Source: a virus
Taxonomy: Duplodnaviria; Caudoviricetes
Direction: 5' to 3' (one strand)
Length of the DNA: 37,275 nt
Virus record (IMG/VR): IMGVR_UViG_3300030372_003141
Coordinates: 1-37,275 of that record
Shown: piece after piece, positions 16,545-26,218 of the stretch
Layout of the letters: each line of letters begins with the position of its first letter
Position numbering within the stretch: the stretch's first letter is position 1
The notes under the pieces: generated by a model
What the model saw: only the letters and a program-made list of their open reading frames with translations
Told to the model about the DNA's origin: nothing
Databases searched by the model: none
Position numbers and translations under genes: made by a program

Positions 16545-17327
16545 ATGAGTAGAGATAAAGGCGTAACTAAACGTTACATCGTTACTCCCGACAAGCATGC
16601 TCCTTTACACGATAAGAAAGCAATTTCAGTTGTAAAGCAAGCAATAGAAATCATCAAGCCAGATGGTTATATAGATTTGGGAGATTTTGGAGAGTTTGGC
16701 AGTGTATCTCATTGGCAGTGGAAAAGAAAGAAAAAACCACCTTTAGAGTATATTATGCCAAGAGTAGATAGAGATATTGCTGCTTGCAATAAGCTTCTTG
16801 ACAGTATTGATGAAAGTCTTGATAAAGCTGGTACAAAAATAAAGCATTTTTGCCAAGGAAATCATGATGAATGGCTAGACATGTTCGTTCAAGAACATCC
16901 ATACTTGCCAGATTATACTTTTAAAAGAGCGTTAGATTTATCTGGAAGAGGTTATAAATATCATGATGCTGGACAGTATTTTAAAATAGGCAAGTTATAT
17001 TACTATCATGGTCATCATTTTGGTGGGCAATATCATGCAGCTAATCATTTAAGAAAATTAGGTTGCAATATAATGTATGGCCATCATCATAGTATGCAAC
17101 AAGACTCAGTGACTCATATAGATGGTCCTAAAAGTGCTTGGAGCATTGGATGTTTAAAAGATATGTCTCATGAGAATAATGAATGGCTTAGGGGCAGAAA
17201 ACATAAATGGGCTCATGGCTTTGCTGTAGTTGATTATTTTACTGGTGGTAAGTTTACAGTACATATAATACAGATTATAAATGGAAAAGCATCGTTATGG
17301 GGAGAAATAATAGATGGAAATAAGTAA
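16545..17327 (+). CDS. Calcineurin-like metallophosphoesterase
   Basis: All five motifs present: DKH, LGDFGE, GNHD, HGH and GHHH; SD AGGAG. Confidence 0.9.
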   Translation: MSRDKGVTKRYIVTPDKHAPLHDKKAISVVKQAIEIIKPDGYIDLGDFGEFGSVSHWQWKRKKKPPLEYIMPRVDRDIAACNKLLDSIDESLDKAGTKIKHFCQGNHDEWLDMFVQEHPYLPDYTFKRALDLSGRGYKYHDAGQYFKIGKLYYYHGHHFGGQYHAANHLRKLGCNIMYGHHHSMQQDSVTHIDGPKSAWSIGCLKDMSHENNEWLRGRKHKWAHGFAVVDYFTGGKFTVHIIQIINGKASLWGEIIDGNK

Positions 17328-17590
17328 TGGATTTATTTGCAATAATAGAAAAGTTTGGGATACCAGTCGCTGTAGCATGTGCTTTTGGCTTCTTTATATG
17401 GAAGCAAAACAAGTATATACAGGATGATTTAACTAAGGATATACATGGTAAATTTAATAGGTTAGAAGCTATCATTATTAAGCTAATAGACCAACAAAAG
17501 AAAATGCAAATAGAGATGAGAGGAATAGTGAAATCTTATCAAACATTAGTAGAAATAATAACTAAATTATTAAAGAAAGAGGGCAAGTAA
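17327..17590 (+). CDS. Single-pass membrane protein with coiled-coil tail, holin-like
   Basis: N-terminal hydrophobic helix FGIPVAVACAFGFFIW, then a coiled coil; TAATG overlaps at both ends. Confidence 0.6.
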   Translation: MDLFAIIEKFGIPVAVACAFGFFIWKQNKYIQDDLTKDIHGKFNRLEAIIIKLIDQQKKMQIEMRGIVKSYQTLVEIITKLLKKEGK

Positions 17591-18840
17591 TGTCATATAA
17601 TAGAACTTTAAGAGAGTTAGGGATAGATGAAGAGGAAGAATTATTAGATTTCTTGCCTAATACTGGGTTTTCAACAGAAGACGGTACATTTCGTAATGAA
17701 ATGGACTATTTTACTCGAATGGGTATGGGCGCAGATATGAATGTTCCAGGTACGAACCTTGGAGAGGTTAATACTAGTTGGTATCCAGGAAAGTATTTTG
17801 GTAATATGCTTGGTGGAATTAGCGACAGGATTGAAAGTCATGGACAATCTTGGTATCCAGGCAAATATGCACAAGGTGCAGCTCGTGGAATTACAGGTTT
17901 ACTTGGCAAAGCTATGGATGGTATTGACAGGCTTATTAATGCTGATTTTATGCAAAAAGGAGCAGGTGCTGGTGGTAATTGGTTTCCTAGCGCTGCAGAA
18001 TTAAAAGAGTTTAAAAATCGAAATAAACCGCAAACATTAAGAGAAACGGGTTCAAATTTAGTACCTAATAATATTCCAGATGCTACTCCAATAAATGCAG
18101 AACCTTCGATTGGTTCATTAGTTGATAATTCGTTAAGAAATATGGACCCTGGCTTTTATAATGAATTTGACACTAGTTATGACCCTGCTAATCCTCAAAA
18201 TCTTTATCCAGATGAGCAATCTAGCTATGACCCAACAAACCCTATGAATATGTATCCAGATGAATTAAAAGGATTAGATTCTGTAGATGAGGCATTAAGC
18301 AATCAAAAATATCAACAACAGGTATCGCAAGGAGGAGAAGCGCTTGCTAATAGCATGTTGTCTAAAGCTTATCAAAATGAAGGAGTTTCTGAAGAAGTTG
18401 GCGACAGATATCCATCTTCTGAAGAAGTTGGCGACAGGTATCCAGTTAGCGAGGAAATGACATTTCCATATACAGACCCTGATACTGGACAAATGTACTT
18501 TACACCAGAAGATATGGACCCTTCTTATAATCCTGGCCCATCAATGGGCGCTTATTCAAATAGCGCATTAACAACTCCATCTCCTGGTATTCATGGTCCT
18601 TCAGCTGGATGGCCAACTGGAAATCCAATGCCTTCTGCAAATATTCCTGGTATTGGGCAAATATCCAATCAAGGTATACCTTTTCCTCAAGCTGGTCCTA
18701 ATGCAGGTACGTTCCAGACTCCATTTGGAAATGTACCTCCTATAGCAATGCCTTCAGGTCCTAGTACTGAAGAATTGGCACAACAAGCAGCATTTTTAAC
18801 TGATATATTTAATAAAAAACGAAAAGAAGATATTTATTAA
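17590..18840 (+). CDS. Low-complexity Pro/Gly/Asn-rich protein with internal repeats, possibly an internal virion protein
   Basis: Repeats SWYPGKY x2, SYDPxNPxNxYPDE x2 and SEEVGDRYP x2; proline-rich C-terminal third. Confidence 0.6.
   Translation: MSYNRTLRELGIDEEEELLDFLPNTGFSTEDGTFRNEMDYFTRMGMGADMNVPGTNLGEVNTSWYPGKYFGNMLGGISDRIESHGQSWYPGKYAQGAARGITGLLGKAMDGIDRLINADFMQKGAGAGGNWFPSAAELKEFKNRNKPQTLRETGSNLVPNNIPDATPINAEPSIGSLVDNSLRNMDPGFYNEFDTSYDPANPQNLYPDEQSSYDPTNPMNMYPDELKGLDSVDEALSNQKYQQQVSQGGEALANSMLSKAYQNEGVSEEVGDRYPSSEEVGDRYPVSEEMTFPYTDPDTGQMYFTPEDMDPSYNPGPSMGAYSNSALTTPSPGIHGPSAGWPTGNPMPSANIPGIGQISNQGIPFPQAGPNAGTFQTPFGNVPPIAMPSGPSTEELAQQAAFLTDIFNKKRKEDIY
18387..18444 (+). repeat. 30-bp-period tandem duplication within the CDS
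   Basis: TTCTGAAGAAGTTGGCGACAGATATCCA (18387-18414) and TTCTGAAGAAGTTGGCGACAGGTATCCA (18417-18444), one mismatch. Confidence 0.9.
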
Positions 18841-21713
18841 TGGCAAAAAGCGCAAAAACATTAAATAGATTTGATGCAGGTTTAGTTGCAGGTCCAAATC
18901 CGAGAGATATTTCGGACGAAGCCGCTTCTATTTTAGAGGGTTTTGACCCTAGTAAAATTGGAGCTTTGCAACCTGTAGGTCAATATATAGATGCTGTAAC
19001 TCCTGGATTTGAAAAGATTTTTGCTACTATTTTAGGAGTAGATGAAGGTTCAGGAGCACGAGAAGGATATGGTTATGGTCTGTTTCAATTTAGGTCAGAC
19101 AAGACTAATCTTGTAAAACATTTACCATTAGCTATGCACAATACTACAGGTGTTCATAGCCCGCTTGTGAATGCAGATGCAAATTATGCTAATTGGGAAG
19201 CATTAAATGGAGATATTGTTTATACTATATTAATCGGGGCTATGGGAACAATGGATGCTGGTGAGCAGGCTGGCACATCCGCGGGAGATGTAGCAACTGG
19301 GCCTCATCTATTTGTTCATTATCATAATTTAAATGATGGAAGCGATGCTTTAAATGGCTGGCATACATTAAATTATTTTAAAAGCACAGGGATATGGAAA
19401 ACTTGTAGTCAGCCTTGGTTTGCAGGCCAGGCGGTTACAGCCGCTGATACAGTTAACTCTGGGACAATAGAATCTGATACTGGTGCAGGCGACCATAGAA
19501 CTGATTTAAGCTATACTGCAGACTTAGCGTATAGCGACTCCAACGACTTTAACCAAGAGTTACTGATTGGAGGAGAAGCTTCTTTTTACAAGCCTAAATT
19601 CTTATTAATTGACGGAGCTGTTCATATTTACGATTCTAGTAAGTATCATGCACCGTTTTATATAGGGTATGTTCAAAATGGAATTACTGCAAATGTTGAG
19701 GATGTAAATGCGCAGATATATTGGAAATCTGATTATTGGCATTTTGGACGAAATCTTTTTTCTAAGCCAAGAAAAAATGGGTATGGCACATTGCAGAATG
19801 CTGGGTCTAGTTCTGCAAGAAACATAACAAATGATGGTCAATATTGGTATCTAAATAATTTTACAACTAGCACTAATTGGAGCACAATAGATTCAGATGA
19901 TTTGGGTGGCACTTCTTGCAAATGCTGGCCAGGAGGAGGTATAGTTAGCACAAGATGGACTGCAAACGAAGATGGAGGCTGGACTAAAGCTGGCAATATT
20001 AAAATTGGCTTATGTTATGTATATGACAAAGACCAAGAAGGTCCTATAACTTTTTATAATAGCGCGTCTGAACCAGGCGAAAATAATGGACCAACCTCTG
20101 AAACTAGTCAACTTCAATTAAGCTTTGCATGGGCTGGGGGTTACAGATTGTTTGCAGAACAATCAACAGAAGGAGATTATAATCTTGCTGGAAAACATAC
20201 TGAAGGTGGTCCAAGAATGACTGGAATGAAAGCATATTATCAATACTCAGAAGGCGCTGTTGATGGTGATAGTGCTAATGAAGGGCTGTTTCTGTTGTTT
20301 CATTTTGATTTTGAAAAAGGTTATAGAATTGCCGGAACTGACACTTGGAATGAAATAGGTTCATACTCGAGTCATCCTCGAAATTCTTTTTCACATGTTT
20401 TTATGGACCCTCCTACTTTTGAAGATTTTGTTACTGAAAACGGATATTTACCAGGTCAAGAAATAACTGCGAATTATGCAACAGCAGTATGGCATAAAGC
20501 TAGATTATTTGCAGGGAATATAAGACAACGTGGCGCAGATTATCCAGATAGGATTTTAAAAAGCCCTATTGGAAAGCCTGATATTTTGCCAGAGGACAAC
20601 TTTATTGACTTAACAGGTAGTGATGCTGAATCAATTATGCATTTAGAGGCAGAAGGTGATAATTTATATGTATTTAAACAACGTAATTTATATGTTGTTG
20701 ATATTGCGACACTAGATGAAGAGAAATTAAAAGAAGAATTTGTTGGGCTAGGAGTGCCTAATTATAATCATGTTGTAAAGACTTCTGAAGGTATATGCTT
20801 TGCTAATGGGTCAGGGGTATTTCTTGCTAAAGATGCTAAAATAACTAACTTGTTAGTTGAAGAAGGTGTAGAAAAAGTCGAATTAGATGATTATAGAACT
20901 ATGACAGGTTATGATGGTACTATTCAAAATCCCAGAGGTAATTTGATTTATGAGCCTTCAAATAATAAATTAATATTTATTGTTAATGGAAGAGTTGGGA
21001 TGTCGACATCAGGTAATGCTTTGATATATCATTTTGGAACAAAATCCTGGACTTTAGCTAAAGATGTATTCCCTCAAAGTGTTGCTAGTGATAAATATGC
21101 TTGTACTAATTTTATACTTGATTGGAGCAATAGAATTTTAACTGCAGGTAATGATGCAGGAACAGTTATGGCTGCTGAATTAGCTACTGATGCAAGTCCT
21201 AATCCTGGAATTGGAACTGATTATAATGGCTGTGCAGAAACTAAATTATTTTTATGGAAAGAATTTGAAAGTGATTCTACTTATGCAGGCACAGCTATAG
21301 CTCAAAATTCATTAAACTGGTCATCAAAAGATTTTGATTTAGGAACTTTAGGTGCAAAAAAATCACTTAAAAAGTTGTATATTACATATAGGGCTCATGG
21401 CACTGGAGATTTACATTTGCACCCGAAATACACAATAGATGCTGGCGGTACTTTGTATACCTTTGAAAATAATTCGAAATATAGCGATAGAACGGCAGAT
21501 AGTTCTGATACTATAGGTTATACCTCTGCAGGTGGATTAAAGGGCACTGATGGTGAATTTAGGACTATAGAGCTAAAGCCTGCTAATAAAATTGAAGCAA
21601 AAAAGTTTAATACGATTAAAATACACTTGACTAATTCTACTGGAGCTAGTCCAAGAACTTTGTTAAATGTTGATGATATAACAATGATATATAGGACGCA
21701 TACTGTTAAATGA
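18840..21713 (+). CDS. Tail nozzle / tubular (stabilisation) protein, P22 gp10/T7 gp12-like
   Basis: 957 aa; N-terminal FDAGL...PRDI, beta-propeller-like C-terminal half (RLFAGNI, LYVFKQRNLYVV, GICFANGSGVF) and WSSKDFDLG...KSLKKLYITY; precedes ejection-type genes. Confidence 0.72.
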   Translation: MAKSAKTLNRFDAGLVAGPNPRDISDEAASILEGFDPSKIGALQPVGQYIDAVTPGFEKIFATILGVDEGSGAREGYGYGLFQFRSDKTNLVKHLPLAMHNTTGVHSPLVNADANYANWEALNGDIVYTILIGAMGTMDAGEQAGTSAGDVATGPHLFVHYHNLNDGSDALNGWHTLNYFKSTGIWKTCSQPWFAGQAVTAADTVNSGTIESDTGAGDHRTDLSYTADLAYSDSNDFNQELLIGGEASFYKPKFLLIDGAVHIYDSSKYHAPFYIGYVQNGITANVEDVNAQIYWKSDYWHFGRNLFSKPRKNGYGTLQNAGSSSARNITNDGQYWYLNNFTTSTNWSTIDSDDLGGTSCKCWPGGGIVSTRWTANEDGGWTKAGNIKIGLCYVYDKDQEGPITFYNSASEPGENNGPTSETSQLQLSFAWAGGYRLFAEQSTEGDYNLAGKHTEGGPRMTGMKAYYQYSEGAVDGDSANEGLFLLFHFDFEKGYRIAGTDTWNEIGSYSSHPRNSFSHVFMDPPTFEDFVTENGYLPGQEITANYATAVWHKARLFAGNIRQRGADYPDRILKSPIGKPDILPEDNFIDLTGSDAESIMHLEAEGDNLYVFKQRNLYVVDIATLDEEKLKEEFVGLGVPNYNHVVKTSEGICFANGSGVFLAKDAKITNLLVEEGVEKVELDDYRTMTGYDGTIQNPRGNLIYEPSNNKLIFIVNGRVGMSTSGNALIYHFGTKSWTLAKDVFPQSVASDKYACTNFILDWSNRILTAGNDAGTVMAAELATDASPNPGIGTDYNGCAETKLFLWKEFESDSTYAGTAIAQNSLNWSSKDFDLGTLGAKKSLKKLYITYRAHGTGDLHLHPKYTIDAGGTLYTFENNSKYSDRTADSSDTIGYTSAGGLKGTDGEFRTIELKPANKIEAKKFNTIKIHLTNSTGASPRTLLNVDDITMIYRTHTVK

Positions 21714-22228
21714 TAGAGAAAAATCATATTAGATTAAAAAATCGAAAAGGTCAAAAAGTGCTAGAGGTCTGGCAAAATGGTCGTTGGCATTCAATTGTAT
21801 TAGAAAATAGACAAAAATCAATTGTTAAAGAAAGGCCTAGACAGAAAGCTTTACAGGTGAAAAAATTACGTCAAGATAGATGGAGTAAACCTGAATCAAG
21901 AGACGGTATGTCAGACCCGGGAGATGCAACTGTATTGAGTTTGAAGACTAGAGTGTCTTATTTAAGAACTCTTGATGCAGGCACTAGGCAATGGTTTTCT
22001 TTACCTATGGGTACTGAAGGTCAAGAAAAGATTTTGATTGTAAGGGAGATTGGTTTATCGCCTACTTTGCCTAGAATTAAAATAACAACAAAACAAGGCG
22101 ATGAAGTATATAGAGGTGAGAAAAAAGGACAAGTATTACATTTAATTTGTGATGGGACATGTTGGTATCCAGTAACGTCAATTGACTCTACTGATGCAAA
22201 TGGCCCTGGTAAATGGAATGTAGAATAA
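21710..22228 (+). CDS. Hypothetical tail-associated protein
   Basis: ATGA overlap with the nozzle gene; C-terminal LPxGxxGQxK...LICDGTCW motif reminiscent of fibre/appendage tip domains. Confidence 0.5.
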   Translation: MIEKNHIRLKNRKGQKVLEVWQNGRWHSIVLENRQKSIVKERPRQKALQVKKLRQDRWSKPESRDGMSDPGDATVLSLKTRVSYLRTLDAGTRQWFSLPMGTEGQEKILIVREIGLSPTLPRIKITTKQGDEVYRGEKKGQVLHLICDGTCWYPVTSIDSTDANGPGKWNVE

Positions 22229-22242
22229 GAACGGAGAATATT

Positions 22243-23016
22243 ATGTCAAGAGCAAGAATGATGCTAGATAGAAGATTGCGAGAAGAGCAAATTGCACGAA
22301 AAAAGAGATTAGGTGACCAAGCAATAGCTGATGAAGGTTCTCGTGTAATGACAAGTAAATCAGAGCAAGGTAAAACTTCAGGTTGGTTAGGTGCAGGGCT
22401 TGGTTTATTAACTCTAGTTGCTTCTGGTGGAACATTGACTCCTTTAGCTTTAGCTTTAGCTGGTGGAGGAGGAGCTTTAGGAGGCAGTTTAATAGGAGGA
22501 GCTGTAAATAAAGCTAAAATGGATTCTGATAGAATGCAATTTGGAAATACTACAAATATTACACCTATTGAAGATAAGATTAGAAAAAAAGTATTAGGTA
22601 GTGATATGAAAAGAGCTTTTCAAATTGGTTCTACTTTATATGGAGGTGCTAATCTAGCTCAAAATGCTGGGGGAATAATGAATGCTTTAAAAGGAGGACC
22701 AGCTCCTGCAACAGGAAAAGCTACAAGTATTTTAGATATAACTAAAGGTATTAATCAGGGGACTATGACTCCAAGTAATATAAAATCCAGCTTAACTAAT
22801 GTAGTTGGAAGCAGTGGTAAAGGTGGGGTTAATTTAGCTCAAAATAGCGGTAGATTAGCTGGTGCTGCAAAAACTTCCAGCGGATTTCAGCCGTTTAAAA
22901 CATTAAGTAACTTGTCAAATAAAAACTTAGAATGGCAAAAGTGGAGACGAGCTAAAAGATTAGGTAAGTTTGTTGGCGATTTTGATGTATGGCAAGCAAT
23001 AAATTCAGTAAAATAA
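22243..23016 (+). CDS. Putative ejection (internal virion) protein
   Basis: Start re-assigned to ATG 22243 (SD GGAG); Gly/Ala-rich hydrophobic hairpin GWLGAGLGLLTLVASGGTLTPLALALAGGGGALGGSLIGG typical of membrane-inserting ejection proteins. Confidence 0.6.
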   Translation: MSRARMMLDRRLREEQIARKKRLGDQAIADEGSRVMTSKSEQGKTSGWLGAGLGLLTLVASGGTLTPLALALAGGGGALGGSLIGGAVNKAKMDSDRMQFGNTTNITPIEDKIRKKVLGSDMKRAFQIGSTLYGGANLAQNAGGIMNALKGGPAPATGKATSILDITKGINQGTMTPSNIKSSLTNVVGSSGKGGVNLAQNSGRLAGAAKTSSGFQPFKTLSNLSNKNLEWQKWRRAKRLGKFVGDFDVWQAINSVK

Positions 23017-23034
23017 GATTTAAGGGGATAAAAA

Positions 23035-24654
23035 ATGGGATATTTTAGTAAATCAGGCAAATGGCAATATTCAAATCCAGCATCGCCAAAATTAAGCACT
23101 TGGGCTCCAGGCACTGATGCCTATAGATGGGTTCATTCATTGGGTGGTATAGACGATGTTAAAGGTCGAGATATAGGATGGGCTGGCGGCAATGTTCTGG
23201 AGAAAGAAACATATAGATTTGGGGAACCAGGAAGCAATCTAATGGACGGTAGGCAAACTGTTGGTTCTATTTACAAAACGAGAGACCGATGGAAGTCGGG
23301 GCAGGGTAGCGGAGGCGATGAATTTATTGGTTTTACTCCTGCAGGTGATAGAATGTTAGGAAATGTTCAATCAGGATGGGATTCTAATGTTAAAGGAGAC
23401 CCTGCAGCTTGGAAAGCGGCGAGAGCAAGAGCAAACCAATTTATGGACAGCGGTGATTTTGCAAGCTACCTTGGACCATCTTTAACTGGTGGAGCTACTA
23501 AAGATGTTGAAGATTTTGTTACTAGAAAAAATAGGCTAGAAGGCATGAAAGGTAGTGTTTGGGACCCTGAAAACAAAACAGGTGGTCAACAAACTTTTAA
23601 AGGAGACAGGTATGGTACATCAAGCAGCGACTTAGGTTATGATAGTTTTAGCACAACAGGAAGAGGTGGAGCTGGTTTTAGATTATCCCCTTTACATACT
23701 GCTGGACAAGCTGGGTTAAAAACATTATTAGCATCAGAATTTGGAAAATCAAATCCTGCAATGTCAAATATTAAACCATTTAGTACATCAGATGAATACG
23801 GAAACATACAGCAAAGAGATGTGGATAGAGCAACTTCATTTGGCAATTTATATGCTAAAGATAATACTGCTAGCGGTTGGGAATCTACTGGCAATCAATT
23901 GAAGGGTTTAATTGACTATCTTAAACCTCAAGCAGACGGAACAAGCAATGTGTTTGACCTTGAGTATCCCGGTTCTGATGACCCTGACACTCCTTGGGAT
24001 GATACGAAAATGGTTGATTGGGATACAACATTAGGCGGCGAAACTTTTAAAGATAAATATACAGATGCTATTCAGAACTACTATTTAGGTAAAGGTAGAG
24101 AAGTTGGAAGTGACCCTTCTAGATGGGGTAGTGTATTGCAGAATTATCTTGATACTGGCTTGCCTGATTTTGAAGGGGTAATGACTAAGCAGGATGAATT
24201 AAAAGGCATGTATCAAAATATAGCAGGTATTGAAAGTGATATTGGTGATGAACAAGCATCTCAACAACAAGCAGATGTCGAAACGAGAGGTGGGTTATTA
24301 GACCAATTTAAAGCAGCAGAACAGCGTAAATATCTTGGTGGATTTGCAGGAATGGGAGAAAGCCCTGCTCTTGCAATGGAAAAAGGCAACTTATTAAGCG
24401 ATGCTGGATTAGGATTATTAGGAACTAAAAACAGAGTAGGTGCTTTACGAGGAGATATAGATACAGAACTTCAAAATATTAGCACAGCTGAAACTGTAAA
24501 TCAAAACTTTTTAGATAATATATATGGTAGCTGGTCTGATTTAGAAACTGATATTAATGAACAAAGTGCAGGTTTTGGTGAATGGAGTAAGCCAGAAGGA
24601 GATTGGCTTACTGATTTATGGAGTGACGTTCAATCTGGATTACCAAAAGGATAG
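23035..24654 (+). CDS. Putative ejection (internal virion) protein
   Basis: Gly-rich N-terminal part and acidic helical C-terminal part; located in the ejection block; SD AAGGGG. Confidence 0.5.
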   Translation: MGYFSKSGKWQYSNPASPKLSTWAPGTDAYRWVHSLGGIDDVKGRDIGWAGGNVLEKETYRFGEPGSNLMDGRQTVGSIYKTRDRWKSGQGSGGDEFIGFTPAGDRMLGNVQSGWDSNVKGDPAAWKAARARANQFMDSGDFASYLGPSLTGGATKDVEDFVTRKNRLEGMKGSVWDPENKTGGQQTFKGDRYGTSSSDLGYDSFSTTGRGGAGFRLSPLHTAGQAGLKTLLASEFGKSNPAMSNIKPFSTSDEYGNIQQRDVDRATSFGNLYAKDNTASGWESTGNQLKGLIDYLKPQADGTSNVFDLEYPGSDDPDTPWDDTKMVDWDTTLGGETFKDKYTDAIQNYYLGKGREVGSDPSRWGSVLQNYLDTGLPDFEGVMTKQDELKGMYQNIAGIESDIGDEQASQQQADVETRGGLLDQFKAAEQRKYLGGFAGMGESPALAMEKGNLLSDAGLGLLGTKNRVGALRGDIDTELQNISTAETVNQNFLDNIYGSWSDLETDINEQSAGFGEWSKPEGDWLTDLWSDVQSGLPKG

Positions 24655-24662
24655 GAGAAAAA

Positions 24663-26210
24663 ATGGCAAATATAATTATAAAAGATGATAGTGATGGCAT
24701 ATTAGATGAAGCTTTAGGTGTGTTGCCTGGTATTTTAGGCCAGGCTAATCAATTGGTTAATTCTAATAAACAAGTTGAACTTGCTAAACAAGCTCAAGCA
24801 AATGCTGATAAGAAAATGGATATGCAAGTTGCTGAATATGAGTATAATGTAAAAACTCGTAAAGAGCAAGAAGATATGAAAGACTTGTTATGGAATACGA
24901 CTAATATAACCCACCCATCTAATGCTATGGTAGCATCAGGTAAAGGGCCTGAATATGATTGGAATCAAGCATTTGGCTCTGAACTTCCTGATTATTTTAC
25001 AGCTCGACAATCTTATATTGAAGGCGCTAGAGCTAAAGGAATTACGCCAAATATGCAGATGTTTGACCAAGACTGGTCATCTAATCAGCAAGCATACTTT
25101 AGCAAGGAATTACAGTCATTTAACTCGCTATATGACCATTACAAAGCTAAAGGGTGGGATAATAATCAGATTTATAAAGAATTAAAAATTAATCATAATG
25201 CAGATAAGATGAGGTCTAAATATAATAAAGTATTTGGCATGCTACCTATAGAGCAACGACCGACATTGCAATATCCATTGCTTGAATCTGTTAGTGGTAA
25301 AGGTAGAGTAGAAGGGTTAATAGATTCTGCTGAGAAATTAGTATGGGATGAACAGGCAGGTGAAATGACTTGGCCAGCAATGATTGGAACTGGTCTAATG
25401 GCAATACCCGCAGCTATGTTAGCTAAATATACAGGAGGCAAGATACTTTCTGTTCCTAAAGCTCTTCGAGGTTATTTTAAGAATAAAAATGGCGTTGCAG
25501 AACTTAGTGAAAAAGGTGTAAAATTAGCAAACGAACAAATGGGCAAAACAAGCTCAAAGTTAGTTAAAGAAACTGCAGGAACAGCTCTTAAAGGTAAAAT
25601 AGGTCCTGAACCTGCAGCGTTTAAACCTACTAAAGAGATGCTTAGGGTAAACAGTAAACTAGATGATATATTAGCGAAAGTGCGAGGTGTAGTAAAGGAT
25701 AAAGGATTACTTAGCCCAGAAAAGATGGATTGGGACCAATGGTGGAAGACATCAGCGGAATCAGCAAAAAACCCTAAAGTAGCCGAAGCTTTAAGAAAGA
25801 AAATTGCTCAATTTAATCCAGCCGAAATGGCTAAAGTAGGAACTAAAGCTAAAGAAAGTTTTGGAAATAGATGGATGCGACGAGGAGCTGCATTTTTACC
25901 ATTTGCTGCAGGAATGGAACTTGGTGGTAAAGGCGTTGAAATGATGGGCGGTGGAGAATTGTCTCAAACTGCTGGAGGCCTTGCTGGAGGTGCAGGGGTT
26001 ACAAGTTTATTAAAAAACATTAACAGCCCAAAAGTAAAACGAGCTATTTTAAAAGTAGGAGGAAAAAGCTTGTATAAAAAAATGCTATTAGCAACAGGAG
26101 CTACACTTGCCCCAGAAGGATTTTCTACTATGGCTGGAGTAGCGGGATTAGGTTTAATGGCAAAAGATATTGCTCAAATACTATCGATTTTAAATAGCCC
26201 AGAAGAATAA
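24663..26210 (+). CDS. Putative ejection (internal virion) protein
   Basis: SD AGGAG; helical, with several Gly/Ala-rich hydrophobic segments; directly precedes the giant gene. Confidence 0.55.
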   Translation: MANIIIKDDSDGILDEALGVLPGILGQANQLVNSNKQVELAKQAQANADKKMDMQVAEYEYNVKTRKEQEDMKDLLWNTTNITHPSNAMVASGKGPEYDWNQAFGSELPDYFTARQSYIEGARAKGITPNMQMFDQDWSSNQQAYFSKELQSFNSLYDHYKAKGWDNNQIYKELKINHNADKMRSKYNKVFGMLPIEQRPTLQYPLLESVSGKGRVEGLIDSAEKLVWDEQAGEMTWPAMIGTGLMAIPAAMLAKYTGGKILSVPKALRGYFKNKNGVAELSEKGVKLANEQMGKTSSKLVKETAGTALKGKIGPEPAAFKPTKEMLRVNSKLDDILAKVRGVVKDKGLLSPEKMDWDQWWKTSAESAKNPKVAEALRKKIAQFNPAEMAKVGTKAKESFGNRWMRRGAAFLPFAAGMELGGKGVEMMGGGELSQTAGGLAGGAGVTSLLKNINSPKVKRAILKVGGKSLYKKMLLATGATLAPEGFSTMAGVAGLGLMAKDIAQILSILNSPEE

Positions 26211-26218
26211 GGAATACA

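Noticed and set aside
18175-18444. CRISPR-like array or DGR template/variable repeats
   Set aside because: Only two copies of each repeat, in frame within a CDS, with no spacers and no reverse transcriptase in the window.
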